Assembly: GCA_963828525.1 (NCBI GenBank)
Contig: CAWHEP010000004.1
Coordinates: 197,891-261,890, forward strand
Direction of reading: 5' to 3'
DNA: 64,000 nucleotides
Source: an uncultured Verrucomicrobiae bacterium
GTDB lineage: Bacteria > Verrucomicrobiota > Verrucomicrobiia > Chthoniobacterales > Chthoniobacteraceae
Under the pieces are notes generated by a model that did no database searches, was not told the origin of the DNA, and saw only the letters and a program-made list of their open reading frames with translations. The position numbers and the translations under genes are program-made. Shown one piece after another: positions 1 through 11,733 of this stretch (the stretch's first letter is position 1; each line of letters begins with the position of its first letter).

Positions 1-844
1 CTTTTCGCCGAGAAGGCGAGGAACTCCAGTTGTTCGGCATATCCGCACATGATCCATGCAAGACCTCGCGTCCAAGTGGTGAAGGGAGAGTAACCCTGCT
101 GCGAATTCGGGCAGCGGTAAGCGCCGTCATTCACGTTAAAAATGCTCTCGTGAGCCACCCTGCCGCGGATGTCATACGTAGTCCCGGCCGTCTCCGAAAT
201 AAACCCCGTATCTCGCTGTTGTCCTGGCATGCTCCACGAGCCTGCGCAGCAGAGAGATGCGAGTGTCCTGTTCGCCCATCAGGACATGGCCGAGCTGGTG
301 CGAAAGAGCCAGCGCCCGCAGCGAGCGAATAGTATCCGCGAAAAGGGAGTGCGGTCCGTTAAAGGAATAGATAAAGCCCTCGCCTTCTGCTGTTTTCGTC
401 CAGCGACTCGCTTGCACCGCGCCCGAGCATTTGATCGCAAGTTCGTAGAGGTCGCGTTCACGCCTGTTGTCCTCGATCCGGCCTTCTCCCATCAAACGCC
501 AGAGGTTTCCGTACGTGCTTACATTGTTGAATCCGTGGTCATGAACACCCGTGTGGGTGATGTGATGAGCCATGCGTTCAATGGTCTTCCGACGGCCAAG
601 CTCCAAAAACTCGGTCTCGCCAGTGGCGTCGAATTGCAGGATGGCGGAGCCGTATACGAATCCCTGTGTCCATTCTGTCCAGCCCCTCGCCGTGTACTTT
701 CCCTCAATTGTAAAGACGGGGGTGGCGGCGCCGGGTTCGTCGTGCCTATCAATCGAGCGAATTTTCACGGCGGAGGCCGTCCAGAGTCTGTCGATCTTTG
801 GCTGTAGAGACCGCCGCCTGGAGAGTGTTGTCGATTCGAATCAT
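1..844 (-). CDS. Glycoside hydrolase, GH88/unsaturated glucuronyl hydrolase-like (partial, frameshifted, runs off window start)
   Basis: Motifs WTEWTQGF, GVHDHGFNNVSTYG and YSFNGPHSLFADT. ATG at 844 (MIRIDNTL) abuts the SDR stop, and the pieces join across indels. Confidence 0.7.
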
Positions 845-851
845 GCTGTCA

Positions 852-1632
852 CTAGATAGAGCGAAGGTGAAAGCCTCCGTCCACATTGAACACCTGCCCC
901 GTGCTGTATGGGAATAACCCAGTGGCGACCGCCACAACGCATTTTCCGATGTCGGAAGGCCTTCCCCATCGATTGATCGGGGCCAGCCCCGGCAGCAAAC
1001 ATTTGTCGTACTTTTCCTTCACCGGGCCGGTCATATCCGTCTCTATAACGCCCGGTTGAACTTCAAACACACCGATTCCATACTCGGCAAGCCTGAATGC
1101 GTAAAGCTGTGTTACCATGGAGAGGCCAGCCTTCGCGACGCAGTAGTCCCCCCGATTGGTCGACACGGTGAACGCCGAGATGCTCGTGATATTCACTACC
1201 GCTTTGGGCGATTCCCCATGCGGGCCGCAGGCAATCATTAACTTTGCCGCGGCTTGAGTAAGAAAGTAGGGTCCTTTGAGGTTGATGTTGATTAGCCTGT
1301 CAAAGCTCTCCTCGCCGGCCTCCAGCAGATCGGCGCGAGCGCTTCGGGGCGACCCCCGCGTTATTCACGAGCACATCCAGGCGGCTGAACCGACTGGCGG
1401 CAAAATCAACGATGCGCGCGCGGTCGTTGGCAACCGATATATCCCCCTGAACAATCTCCACTTCAATCTGCCCCTTCCCCGCCGCTTCGCACAGAGCCTT
1501 GCATTCCAAGGCAGCCCCTTCGTTGCCGGAGTAGTTGATGATGAGATCGTGCTTACCGCAAGAGGCAAGCTCGAGCGCGATCCCGCGGCCAATTCCGCGG
1601 GACGATCCGGTGATGAGGGCGACGGGGTTCAC
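852..1632 (-). CDS. SDR family oxidoreductase (3-ketoacyl-ACP reductase-like), frameshifted
   Basis: [12 protein letters not shown] and YCVAK (YxxxK) motifs are split over ORFs 1300-1632 and 852-1238. Confidence 0.85.
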
Positions 1633-1800
1633 TGTTTGCTATATAGCGACGCTCTTCAAACACCGCTAGCATCCGCGGGGCTTTTACCAGCACAAAATCA
1701 ACATGGCGCTGGAATGGGAGCTTCGTTATCCAGCAGCCCTCGCAGTCGAAACCCCCTTTGAGCGCCAATTTTCCCGTAGGCAACTCGTCGAGTAGGTTTT

Positions 1801-3010
1801 ATGATGCGCAACTCTCCTAACGTGCGCGTCCCCCTCCTCGACCTAAAACTTCAGGTACCAGCTGCTTCGCGCCGAGATTGAGGCCGAAGTCGCCTCCGTG
1901 ATGGATTCGCAGCTTTTCATCCTCGGGCCAAAGGTCGAGGAATTTGAGCAGGCAATCTGTCAATATACAGGCTCGCCGCACGCGGTGGGGGTTTCGTCAG
2001 GCACGGACGCCCTGCTTGCCATATTGATGGCGCTCGGAGTCGGGCCGGGTTGCGCTGTCATCACCACGCCTTACACATTCTTCGCGACCGCGGGCGGCAT
2101 TTCCCGCGTTGGCGCTGAACCGGTATTCGTCGATATCGAGCCGGATACCTGCAACATTTCGGTCGAAAAACTCGCTGACTGCCTTGCTAAGTGCAGCCGC
2201 AATTCGGGCGGGCAGCTTCTATCCCGTTGTGGAAACGTAGTGAGCGCGATCATGCCTGTTCACCTCTTTGGACAATGCGCTCGCATGGACGAAGTAATGG
2301 AGCTTGCCGGACGGTTTGAACTGCCCGTCATCGAAGATGCCGCGCAAGCGCTTGGAACCACTTATCCCGCGGCGACAGGCGCTCTGCTCAACGCGGGAGC
2401 AATCGGGGAATTTGGCTATTTCAGTTTCTTTCCTTCCAAAAACCTCGGCGCGTTTGGCGATGCCGGCATGGTCGTATGCAGGGACGAAGAGATGGCGTCG
2501 CGGATGAGATCGCTGCGAAACCATGGAATGGAAGAGCGCTACTTCCATCCGAGGATCGGCGGCAATTTTCGTCTGGACGCTATGCAGGCGGCTGTGCTCC
2601 TCGTCAAACTGCCTCATCTGGAAGACTGGTCAGCAGCCCGGATATCCAATGCGCAATTCTATCGCGATGAGATCCATCGGCGTGGTCTTCTGGATTACAT
2701 CACTCCGCCCGCCGCGCCATCGGGCTCGGCAAATTCCAGGAATCACACCTACAACCAGTTTGTCGCGCGCGCCGCCCGCCGGGAAGATTTGTGCAGACAT
2801 CTAACAGAGCACGAGATCGGTTGGGCCATATACTATCCAGTGCCCCTCCATTTGCAGGAATGCTTTGCGAGCATCGGCTGCGCCGAGGGCGATTTTCCGG
2901 AGGCAGAGAAGGCCGCGCGTGAGACTCTTGCGCTTCCGATCTATCCGGAACTCACACGCGACCAGCAGCGCCGCGTCGTTGAAGTGATCGCGGAGTTTTA
3001 CGAAAGATAA
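1801..3010 (+). CDS. DegT/DnrJ/EryC1/StrS family PLP aminotransferase (N-terminal indel near 1855)
   Basis: VPLLDLK N-terminus, SSGTDAL, EDAAQ and SFFPSKNLGAFGDAG. Confidence 0.9.
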
Positions 3011-3015
3011 ATCCC

Positions 3016-4005
3016 ATGAGCTTTGAACCCAGCCAGAATCGCTATGAAAGACTTCCCTACGCCCGCTGCGGGAAAAGCGGCCTGTTGTTGCCGCGTATAT
3101 CGCTGGGCCTTTGGCAGAATTTTGGAGATCAGGCGCCTTTTGCCACGAGCAGAAGCCTCGTTCTCCGCGCTTTCGATCTCGGTATTACCCACTTCGACCT
3201 GGCAAATAATTACGGACCGCCACCGGGCTCCGCGGAGATCACCTTTGGTCGCATCCTGCGTGAGGATCTCTCCCCCTACCGCGACGAGATCGTTATTTCC
3301 ACAAAAGCCGGATACAACATGTGGCCCGGGCCATACGGCGAGTGGGGCTCACGGAAATACCTCCTGAATAGCTTGGAGCAGAGCCTCAAGCGCATGGGGG
3401 TTGAGAACGTGGACATCTTCTACTCGCACCGGCCCGATCCGAATACTCCATTGTCTGAGACATTGGGCGCGCTCGCTCATGCCGTTCGCAGCGGCAAAGC
3501 GCTTTACGCTGGAATCTCGAATTATCCGGCTGATCTCACGCGACAAGCCGCGGCGATCCTGCGGGAAATGGGCGCTCCATGCCTGATTCACCAGCCTCGC
3601 TATAATATGTTTGATCGATGGGTGGAGGGCGGGCTGCTAAAGACGCTGGAAGAGGAGGGGATGGGGTGCATTGCTTTCTCCCCACTGGCGCAAGGTCTTC
3701 TGACAAACCGTTACCTCTCTGGGACACCCTCCGATTCGCGGATCGGACGAGGCAGCATATTCTTAAGCGCCGACAGCCTCACGCCGGAAAAGATCGAAAC
3801 CGCGCGAAAGCTGAATGCCATGGCGAAAGCCCGCGGACAGTCCCTCGCCCAAATGGCGGTGACATGGATTCTGCGGCAGCCTCAAATTACCTCGGTGGTC
3901 ATTGGCGCAAGCAGGGTCGAGCAGATCGAAGAGCTGTGCGCCAGCGTCTCAACGACGCCGCTCTCAGACAAGGAACTCACAGAAGTCGACACCATTCTTG
4001 GGTAG
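3016..4005 (+). CDS. mgrA: Aldo/keto reductase, L-glyceraldehyde 3-phosphate reductase (YghZ/MgrA type)
   Basis: LGLWQNFG, FDLANNYGPPPGSAE, STKAGYxMWPGPYGEWGSRKYL. Confidence 0.85.
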   Translation: MSFEPSQNRYERLPYARCGKSGLLLPRISLGLWQNFGDQAPFATSRSLVLRAFDLGITHFDLANNYGPPPGSAEITFGRILREDLSPYRDEIVISTKAGYNMWPGPYGEWGSRKYLLNSLEQSLKRMGVENVDIFYSHRPDPNTPLSETLGALAHAVRSGKALYAGISNYPADLTRQAAAILREMGAPCLIHQPRYNMFDRWVEGGLLKTLEEEGMGCIAFSPLAQGLLTNRYLSGTPSDSRIGRGSIFLSADSLTPEKIETARKLNAMAKARGQSLAQMAVTWILRQPQITSVVIGASRVEQIEELCASVSTTPLSDKELTEVDTILG

Positions 4006-4039
4006 CTCAACAATTCCCAGATTCTGCAGCGGAGCGCGG

Positions 4040-4708
4040 TTAATCGAACTGCTTCTTAAAAGCGCCAAGTTCCGTGGCCAGCTCATGCAGGGAACGTTTT
4101 AGTTCCACCAATTCCAATTCAAGTGATTCCACCCTTGAGGCAAGGGGCCGCCTTTCGTTCTCAGGAGAAATCGTGGACATCCCTTTGGAGGCGGGTTCGA
4201 CGTAGTCACGTTCCATCGACAGAAGCTCGATGTATCGCCGCTCCTTCTGGCCAGCCCGAGGGGCCATGGCTCGTGCCAGTGGCGGCTCGTCCTTCGCGAG
4301 TCCGGCCAGACAAGACTCGACGTCATCCAGGCTCGCGAATTCGGCCATCCGCTCGGCGCGCGAGCGCAATTCTCCTGGCGTCTGGGGGCCTCGCAGTAGC
4401 AGCGCGCATAAAATGGCGACCTCCTGACGACCTAAAGTGAGGTGATCCAGCAAATTATGCCTGTGCTTTTGTACGCGCGCTCCGGCTCCAAAGATGACGG
4501 TGGCGAGCTTCTTCTCCCGCAGCGCGGTCACTGCCGCGTCGACTTCTTTTTCTGAATACGAGGAGACAGGATCCCGATTTGTCGTTTGATTGCACGCGGC
4601 CGCAAGGCTGTGCAGGGAAAGCGGGTAGTTCTCCGGAGTAACCCGCTCTTTTTCGATCAACGCGCCTAGCACCCGCGCCTCGACAGGAGTCAAATCAAAG
4701 GACAGCAT
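4040..4708 (-). CDS. YceH family protein (DUF480)
   Basis: EARVLGALIEK, TPENYPLSL, ACNQTTNRDPV, LLLRGPQTPGELR. Confidence 0.9.
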   Translation of the reverse strand: MLSFDLTPVEARVLGALIEKERVTPENYPLSLHSLAAACNQTTNRDPVSSYSEKEVDAAVTALREKKLATVIFGAGARVQKHRHNLLDHLTLGRQEVAILCALLLRGPQTPGELRSRAERMAEFASLDDVESCLAGLAKDEPPLARAMAPRAGQKERRYIELLSMERDYVEPASKGMSTISPENERRPLASRVESLELELVELKRSLHELATELGAFKKQFD

Positions 4709-4730
4709 ACGGGCCGCAGGGCAGGCGCTT

Positions 4731-5606
4731 CTAATACATCATCGTCTCTTCAGGCGGATCGGTGACGGTGACGCTCTGAGCCTTAACCACCGCTAGCGGG
4801 CGGCCACCTTCGATCGGAAATGTGGCCTTGCCGATGACTTTCACCCATGACATCTCGGGGATCTTGTTCTTTGAATCGAACTCGACTACGGCGGCCACCG
4901 GGCGGGCATCGGCGGCGCAGCAGACCATCAGCATGCGAACAACGTTGCAGCGCTTGCCGTTGATGTTGTTTACCGTGTCAGGCATGTATTGCCCGATGAA
5001 CTCGACGCCCTTGTTTTCGAAGTCACCGCGGAGGCTCTCATCCTGGGCGGCGTAAAGAAGATCGATAACCTGGACCGTTAGGTTCCCATCCTTGTTTTTC
5101 TTCAGGTAATCGGAAGGGGTATCGGTTTGTTGAGTTTGAGGGGCGGGCGTTGACCCATCCCGCGTTGGGAGAGGGGGTTCGCTCACGCTGCTGGTGTTAG
5201 CAGGATTCGCGACGGCAATAACCGGCTTTTTCGCCGCGCCGCCAAGCGCCGCCGCGTCGCTGATAATTCCCCGGTTGAGCATCGCGGACGCGCCGTAGCC
5301 GCCAGGAGTGAGAGCAGCCGCGGCGCAGATCGGAAGGAGCAGAATGAGAAACGTGAGAATGCGTCCGACTGTGCCGCGCCCAAGAGTGTGCCCGCAGGAA
5401 TCATCCGAGCAGCATTCGGCGGTGGCAGGAACGAAGAGGAAGCAGCCGGCAAGAATCAGCATGACCAACCCGGCGACGAGCGCGAGAGGCCGAAAGAGCG
5501 GATGAAGGAATGCCTGAATGCGCCCGCTAAAGTAGAAAAACAGAAGGATGAAGCTCCAGAGGAAGAGGGTGACACAAGGAAGCCAGCGTGAGAATGCTGT
5601 TTTCAT
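4731..5606 (-). CDS. TIGR03943/YcgQ-like putative permease partner subunit
   Basis: Three N-terminal TM helices, C-terminal RMLMVCCAADA motif, and overlap with the permease gene. Confidence 0.8.
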   Translation of the reverse strand: MKTAFSRWLPCVTLFLWSFILLFFYFSGRIQAFLHPLFRPLALVAGLVMLILAGCFLFVPATAECCSDDSCGHTLGRGTVGRILTFLILLLPICAAAALTPGGYGASAMLNRGIISDAAALGGAAKKPVIAVANPANTSSVSEPPLPTRDGSTPAPQTQQTDTPSDYLKKNKDGNLTVQVIDLLYAAQDESLRGDFENKGVEFIGQYMPDTVNNINGKRCNVVRMLMVCCAADARPVAAVVEFDSKNKIPEMSWVKVIGKATFPIEGGRPLAVVKAQSVTVTDPPEETMMY

Positions 5607-6571
5607 ATATTAAGCGCGGTGAGCCGCAGACAGATTACCGCCGTCGCCACAAAAAGTCCAACGCCCAAGGCGAGAACGAACCAGCGTTTGAAAATAAGCC
5701 CATATAGAAACAGCAGCTTGATATCGAACATCGCGCCCGAAACAAGGAAGGCGAGCTTTGCCACGAATGGAAAGCTGACAAAGCTAGCCGCGATGAACGC
5801 GTCGGACGTGCTGCACAGGGCGAGGAGAAAGCGAAGAGCCATGAGAGCGGGCGTCGCGAGAAACACATTCGTGGCAAGCGGAAGGATGAACCGTTGATTC
5901 ACGGCAGTGTTGAAAATGCTTGTGATTGCCGCGCCCAAGATCAGAAAAAACGCGACATCAAGAAAGTCTGCGGTGGCGGATTGAATTGCGGAGAGCGTCT
6001 TTAATCTGAAGGTTCGCGGCGAGCCGATTGCTTCCAATCCCTGCTCGGAGCCTGGTGCCGCGCTCATGCGGAACGCGGTTCTCTTCTTGCGAGGCGCGAG
6101 GCTTTCAAGAAGTTTTGGATGAAGAATGGCGGCCTGGGATGAAGCCTGCACGATGAACCCGACAGTTACGGAAAGCAGGAAGCCTATCATTAGCCGCAAC
6201 GAGGTCATCACCCAGGGGCTCTGACCGCGGAAGGCCGCAAAGGTGCTGAGCGCGACGATGGGATTCACGATGGGCGCGCTGAGCATGTAAGTGACAGCGC
6301 AGGAAACCGGAAGGCCCTTGCGGATGAAACGGCGCGCGACGACGACACTTCCGCATTCGCACATAGGGAAGATGCTGCCGAGGACGCCGCTGAGCAGGAT
6401 CGCCATCGCCCGGCGACCCGGAAGAAATTTCGTGATGGTCTCTGGCGGAACGAAGGCATCGATGATGCCCGAGAGGAGGGAGCCGGCCAGCAGGAAGGGG
6501 ATTCCCTCGAACAGGATGCTCAGGAACGAATAAGCAAAATCCCGGAACTGGAAGTTAAACCAAGATGTCAC
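5603..6571 (-). CDS. Predicted permease (YcgR/DUF318 family)
   Basis: EGIPFLL, FPMCECG, SAPIVNP and LCSTSDAFIA motifs; multi-TM. Confidence 0.85.
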   Translation of the reverse strand: MTSWFNFQFRDFAYSFLSILFEGIPFLLAGSLLSGIIDAFVPPETITKFLPGRRAMAILLSGVLGSIFPMCECGSVVVARRFIRKGLPVSCAVTYMLSAPIVNPIVALSTFAAFRGQSPWVMTSLRLMIGFLLSVTVGFIVQASSQAAILHPKLLESLAPRKKRTAFRMSAAPGSEQGLEAIGSPRTFRLKTLSAIQSATADFLDVAFFLILGAAITSIFNTAVNQRFILPLATNVFLATPALMALRFLLALCSTSDAFIAASFVSFPFVAKLAFLVSGAMFDIKLLFLYGLIFKRWFVLALGVGLFVATAVICLRLTALNI

Positions 6572-8040
6572 GGCTCGGTTTCTTCGAGCGGAATGAGAAG
6601 GGTTTGCCCTTGCAAGAGTTCAGGCGCCTGTACGCCGCGCGCGCTCTGATCGACCGGTGTCAGCATGTCGATCTCGATTCCAGATTGGGAAGCATCAAGT
6701 TCCTTGAATTTACGGGCTGTCACCATAACACGGCTTTCCATGGTTCTCACCGCGCTGTTGAAACTGTCTACCGACGCGTTGAGATTGCGTCCAAGTTTGT
6801 CGATGTGGCCACCGACGTCTGCGAGCCGCTTGTATAGCTCCTGGCCGAGATTGCAGATCTCTTTCGCGTTTTGCGCGAGCCGCTCTTGCCGCCAGCCATA
6901 AAAAACAGCCCGCAATAAAGCTATCAAAGTTGTCGGTGTCGCGAGAATCACGCGCTTGTCTGCCCCGAATTCGATCAAGGATGGATCTCGCTCCAAAGCC
7001 GCGCTGAAAAACATCTCTCCCGGCAGGAAAAGCACCACGAACTCGGGCGCGGGTTTGAACTGTTCCCAATATGCCTTTCGGGTCAGGGCGTCGATATGCG
7101 CCCGGATTTGAGTGGCGTGCGCGATCATCCTGCGTTCGCGAAACTCTTCATCAGGAGCGTCTATCCCTTCGAGGTAGGCCGACAGCGGAGCCTTTGCATC
7201 GACGATGATGTTCTTTCCACCGGGGAGGCGCACGATCATGTCAGGCCGGAATTTCCCTTCATCCGCAGTCTGCTGTTCGAAAAAATCGCAGTGAGCTACC
7301 ATGCCGGCGATTTCCACAACCCGCCTCAATTGTATCTCGCCCCACCTGCCGCGGACGTTTGGGGCTCGGAGCGCCTTGGACAGGTTTGAGGTTTCGGACC
7401 GGAGCACGTTCTGGGAATCGATGAGCGCCCGCACTTGGGCAGTTAGCGACTGGTACGCCCCCGTTCTGGCCCGCTCCAATTCGCCGATCTTCAGATCCAC
7501 TTTGTCGAGCGACTCACGCACGGGGCGGACTAGATCGGTAATGGATTGCTGACGCTTGTCCAAATCGCCCCGCGCTCCCTCCTGAAACTTTTCCAGGGCT
7601 GTTTTTGCCAGATCCAGGAACGACTGGTTGTTCTGGCGGAGAGCCTCCGAAGAAATCGCCCTGAAAGCATCTGACAACGTGACGCGGGCCTCTTCGAGGG
7701 CTTGGAGCTTCTCGGCGGAGCGAGCGCGCTCCCCCGTGAGAGAAGTCTCCGCTGTGGCGGCTCGCAGGGTCAGCAAGGCAATGTCTTTTCGCGCTTCCTC
7801 AAGTGCCTGCTCTTTGTCGCGGAGCGCCTGCTCCGTCTGAGGGACGCGGCAGGCGCGCGCTTCCGCGGCCGCCAGTTTTTCGGCGGCGATTGCCGCTGCC
7901 GCGGCTGCGTCGGCGTCCTTGCGGGATTCAAGTTTTAATAAGGCGAACTGCAGGCGCTGCCGCATAAAGAGAGCGCCTAGCAGGGCACCCGCTAAAAGGC
8001 CGCAGAGGGGAAGTAGGAAAAACAGGGGACTACCCGGCAC
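6568..8040 (-). CDS. rmuC: DNA recombination protein RmuC
   Basis: N-terminal TM and coiled coil, RGRWGEIQL, RPDMIVRLP, VDAKAPL, LATPTTLIALLRAV. Confidence 0.9.
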   Translation of the reverse strand: MPGSPLFFLLPLCGLLAGALLGALFMRQRLQFALLKLESRKDADAAAAAAIAAEKLAAAEARACRVPQTEQALRDKEQALEEARKDIALLTLRAATAETSLTGERARSAEKLQALEEARVTLSDAFRAISSEALRQNNQSFLDLAKTALEKFQEGARGDLDKRQQSITDLVRPVRESLDKVDLKIGELERARTGAYQSLTAQVRALIDSQNVLRSETSNLSKALRAPNVRGRWGEIQLRRVVEIAGMVAHCDFFEQQTADEGKFRPDMIVRLPGGKNIIVDAKAPLSAYLEGIDAPDEEFRERRMIAHATQIRAHIDALTRKAYWEQFKPAPEFVVLFLPGEMFFSAALERDPSLIEFGADKRVILATPTTLIALLRAVFYGWRQERLAQNAKEICNLGQELYKRLADVGGHIDKLGRNLNASVDSFNSAVRTMESRVMVTARKFKELDASQSGIEIDMLTPVDQSARGVQAPELLQGQTLLIPLEETEP

Positions 8041-8052
8041 GGCGAGGAGACG

Positions 8053-9452
8053 TCATTGCTGGTAGGAGGTCTCCACCCTCTTTGCCACATCCATGTACCC
8101 ATAGTCGGAATCGTAGATTTCCTTCATGCACTCCAGCGATTTGTCCGCCTTGCCCATCTTCTCGTAAACCAATCCGAGCCGATACGTAACTTCCTTCTTT
8201 AGGTCGTCCATGGAGCCCATCTCCCCCTTCGCTTCCGTGAATTGCCGCTCGGCCATGTCAAGCATGCCGTTGGAGGTGTAGCACTGGCCCAGAAGATTCA
8301 TTGCCTTCAGCCGGACATTCGGACTCTTGCGGGCTTGCTGGAGCTGGGGGATGGCTTCTTTGAAGCGCGAGGCTCCCATCAACTGCTGGCCCAGCTCAAA
8401 TTTAAAATGAAGATCTGTGGGATTCCGTTGAACTCGCTTTTCGGCTTCCGAGATCAGCATTTCAGCCCGCTGCAGCTTCAGCGCCGCAAGATCCTGCTCG
8501 TATTGAGGTATAAGTTCAGGGTCGCTGTCCGTCGGTGGCTCCTTGAGATATTCCTCATAAGAGGCAATGTCCCGTTCAAGGATCTTTACCCTGAGATCCG
8601 ACACCTTCCTGGCAAGTGTGGGGTCGGCATTCGACGCGAGGGTGTTCGCATATTCGGTACCACGTGACGGCGGTATCCAAATCACCAAACTGTTCTGACA
8701 GCGTCGCGATCTTGCGAGCCACGTCGATATTCTGCGGCTCGCGTTGCGCCCTTTCTGATAGTTCCTGAATCTGCTGCTCGAGCGCCTCATCGCTTTTGAC
8801 TACGCGATTCTGCTGTTCCAGTGAGACGGCCATCTCCTTGTCCTTGATGAGATCACGATAGTCTTTCGCCGTTTCCCATCCGCCGCTCTTCATGGAATGC
8901 CGGGCGGCGGCATCCTTGCCGCGCTTGCCAGCAATCAGGTCAGCCGGGTTGATGCTGGAAATCCTGGCATAGGTGTCCACTGCCTTTTCGCTGTCGCCCG
9001 TTTCGTAATAGTGTTGCGCGAGTTCATGCAGTATCTTGGTGTCATTGGGATTCCCCTCGGCGAGAGTCTCCAGCGCGAAACCCGCCACTTCGATGAAACC
9101 GGCTGCCTTTGCCGCCTCGTAAAGCAGGTGATTTCCTTGAGAGTTGTAGGGATCGCTTTCCAGGGCCTTCTCCGCCATTTCGATGGCTGCGAGCGGATCC
9201 TTTTTAACAAGACTGCCTCCCTTCAAAGAAGTGGTGGACAGGCCGGACAGGAAACCTTTTTTGCCTTTTGAAGAGGCGACTTCTGAACGGCGGAGCATTT
9301 TCCGGCCGTCGAGGAACTCCGGAGTTTCCTTCAAGACTGCCAGCAGGAGAGAGACAGCGTAGGGGAAATTCCTCAACTCCATCGCGCTGTGCGCTTTCAA
9401 AAACAGCGGTGCGAGCATCAGGCGATAGATCATCTTGAGTCTTGACGGGCAT
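8053..9452 (-). CDS. Tetratricopeptide repeat protein (frameshifted)
   Basis: Repeated TPR-like helices across ORFs 9204-9452, 8576-9433 and 8053-8790. Confidence 0.75.
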
Positions 9453-9626
9453 AGGGGTGCGCTAAAATAGCACCGCGCCTCCCGCTTTTACAATGGCAGA
9501 TTCTGCGCGTTTTCGGCGTAATCAGCGCGACCCGGTCCTGTCGAACAATGGCGCCAGCGCGGAGCGAAGGAGCTCGCCAGGCCGCGCTCACACGGCGAGT
9601 AACTTTATAGAATCCCAACCGGCGCG

Positions 9627-9911
9627 TTACGCGGGTTGTCTCCGAAGTTCACGCGCCGCAAGTTCGAACTTTCTCTCGATATCCTCGAAGCGCTTATACC
9701 ATCCGTTGTTCACGGCGATGCCATTTAAAGCGCCAAGGGGGGCAAAGAGGCGCTCCAGTTCACGGAACTGTGAAAGGTCGTTCCGCTCGATTCTAGCGAG
9801 GTGGGCTGTGATGTCGCGGATCGCCTCGTCTCTGGAGCCGTAGCGACACCACGCGACTCGGGTTCCCGGTTTCTGGAGATGCTGGATTACTTCTCCCAGC
9901 ACCGACGCCAT
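9627..9911 (-). CDS. Small hypothetical protein
   Basis: 94 aa from ATG 9911 with a conserved-looking LFAPxGxL...NNGW motif. Confidence 0.5.
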   Translation of the reverse strand: MASVLGEVIQHLQKPGTRVAWCRYGSRDEAIRDITAHLARIERNDLSQFRELERLFAPLGALNGIAVNNGWYKRFEDIERKFELAARELRRQPA

Positions 9912-10180
9912 ACCAGGCGCCTGCCGCAGTCCCCCCTCCGGTCTGCCGGAGAGGCAGCTAGCGCGAGCATGGCGTCTGAATAGAGTCATAGGCAGACGGT
10001 GATATTTAAGGGCACTTCGCGTGTTTTTGGCAACTGCATAATGGTTTGATTCCAGCGTTTTCGGAAGCGCATGCGCACGGCCAGAATCCGAGCGCCATGT
10101 GTCATTGGCGCGCCGTCTCTGTATCTTTTGTGTGAACACCGGCGAAGATGGTGGCGTCCGGCTCCTGACGGCCGGCGAAG

Positions 10181-10891
10181 CTACGGGAAAACTTCGGAAA
10201 TTTCGAATGGGGCCGCGACGATCTTTGCCCGACCGTCCTTCAAACTGCTATCGCCCTCTGACTGTTCGATCGCGCTTACGAGCCCGTTGTCGAAAGAGAC
10301 GGTCAGGTGCCCGGAAGGAACTTTGACGTAGACGTAGTTATATACCAGGCGGCCAAACGAATCGTAGCTTGGCACCTGTTGGGCGATTTTTTCATACCGG
10401 ATGTAATCCCACGCGTCGGTCCGGCCCTTGGAGTCAAGGCGCGAGATTTTTTTCTGGGGCTTGCCAAGGCTTTGCAGCACCTCGGGCCCCGTCATATTGA
10501 TGGCGATTTCGTTCTTTGCTACGAGGGCTGCCACAGCAGCCTGTCGCGTTGCGGTCTTCTTCAAGCCATCCAGGAATTCAGGCTTCAACGGGCTTAACGC
10601 GGAAGCGGGCACCCAGCCGGCAACCTGCCCCTGCTGAGCCTGTCCCCGAACCCTGTAAACCGGGCCTAGTACCGCGAGCAACTCGACGGCCTGGCCCGCG
10701 CGCAGTGTGCCTAGATAGCGAACAAGTCCCGAATCGTAGTAAATCATCGGCGTCTTCACTACATTGAGACGAACCGGATTCTTTAACACATCCTCAAGAT
10801 ACACGGCGCCATCCTCTCGAATGAGTGGACCTGCCTTGCAGGACAGCGCGACGGCGAACGCGACGACAAGGACAAGAAGGCGCAAATTCAC
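10181..10891 (-). CDS. Secreted protein with SH3-like and SmpA/BamE-like segments
   Basis: Signal peptide, GQAVELL...VAGWVP (SH3b-like), NMTGPEVLQSLGKP...WDY. Confidence 0.6.
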   Translation of the reverse strand: MNLRLLVLVVAFAVALSCKAGPLIREDGAVYLEDVLKNPVRLNVVKTPMIYYDSGLVRYLGTLRAGQAVELLAVLGPVYRVRGQAQQGQVAGWVPASALSPLKPEFLDGLKKTATRQAAVAALVAKNEIAINMTGPEVLQSLGKPQKKISRLDSKGRTDAWDYIRYEKIAQQVPSYDSFGRLVYNYVYVKVPSGHLTVSFDNGLVSAIEQSEGDSSLKDGRAKIVAAPFEISEVFP

Positions 10892-11011
10892 GGAGAACCA
10901 AGATAGTCCCGCCGTCCGCCGCGGACAAGCGATTCCGGTTGCTGCGAGCCCCTTGAACTTTAGACATCTTTCTTCGCGACCGCGCACGGAATCCGCTACC
11001 ATCCTGCGGGT

Positions 11012-11518
11012 ATGATGAAGCGAGAAAAGAAGTTTTCCTCAGTCCCGCGGAACTGCGCATGTCTCCTAACTTTGCTGCTTGCGGGATGCGCGGGCGTGGG
11101 GACTCGCCCGGTTTCCGTGCCGCAGAATAAAACGACTCAGCTAGCCAGCGACACCTTCCGAATTGAGTATCGGGCGCGCAGCATGAATTCCCGGCTCTCC
11201 GCCGAGGACGCGGTGATGTTCCGCGCGGCGCAGGTGACATCTGATCACAACATGAATTACTTCGCGATCGTTGCGATTGGCGATGATTCTGTTTCTGGTG
11301 AGCCTGCGACGCAGGGATCGAAGGCTATTCCTGGCAGTGTCTACGGTCTGTTCGGCGTTGGTTCTGGCTCCGCGTCACAAAGTGCCGCCGCGGGTCGCAT
11401 CGCATACGCGCGGAAATCCGTGACGATCCGCTGCTTCCAAGCGCCACCAGCTGATCTTGTCTCCTCAAGTGCCATGTTGGTGGAGCAGGACATCAAGAAG
11501 AAGTACGGGGTCCAATAG
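11012..11518 (+). CDS. Lipoprotein, CC0125/CC1285-like family
   Basis: LLAGC lipobox; FRAAQVT...YFAIV motif. Confidence 0.65.
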   Translation: MMKREKKFSSVPRNCACLLTLLLAGCAGVGTRPVSVPQNKTTQLASDTFRIEYRARSMNSRLSAEDAVMFRAAQVTSDHNMNYFAIVAIGDDSVSGEPATQGSKAIPGSVYGLFGVGSGSASQSAAAGRIAYARKSVTIRCFQAPPADLVSSSAMLVEQDIKKKYGVQ

Positions 11519-11733
11519 GTTCCGGTTCCATGTCTGGCGTGTAAGGGTTTTTGACACGCGGGCACCGTCTATGTCCGGAATTTATACACAATTGCGTAGT
11601 CCTTCTTCTACGCTGCCTAGGTAAACCACCTAAGGCATGCCGGATGCTAAACAGGGTCTCATCCGCAACAACGTTCCTGAAAGGCTTCCGCAAGAGCGGG
11701 TCCACAGGGGCTACAACTAGAAGAACTCAAAAT

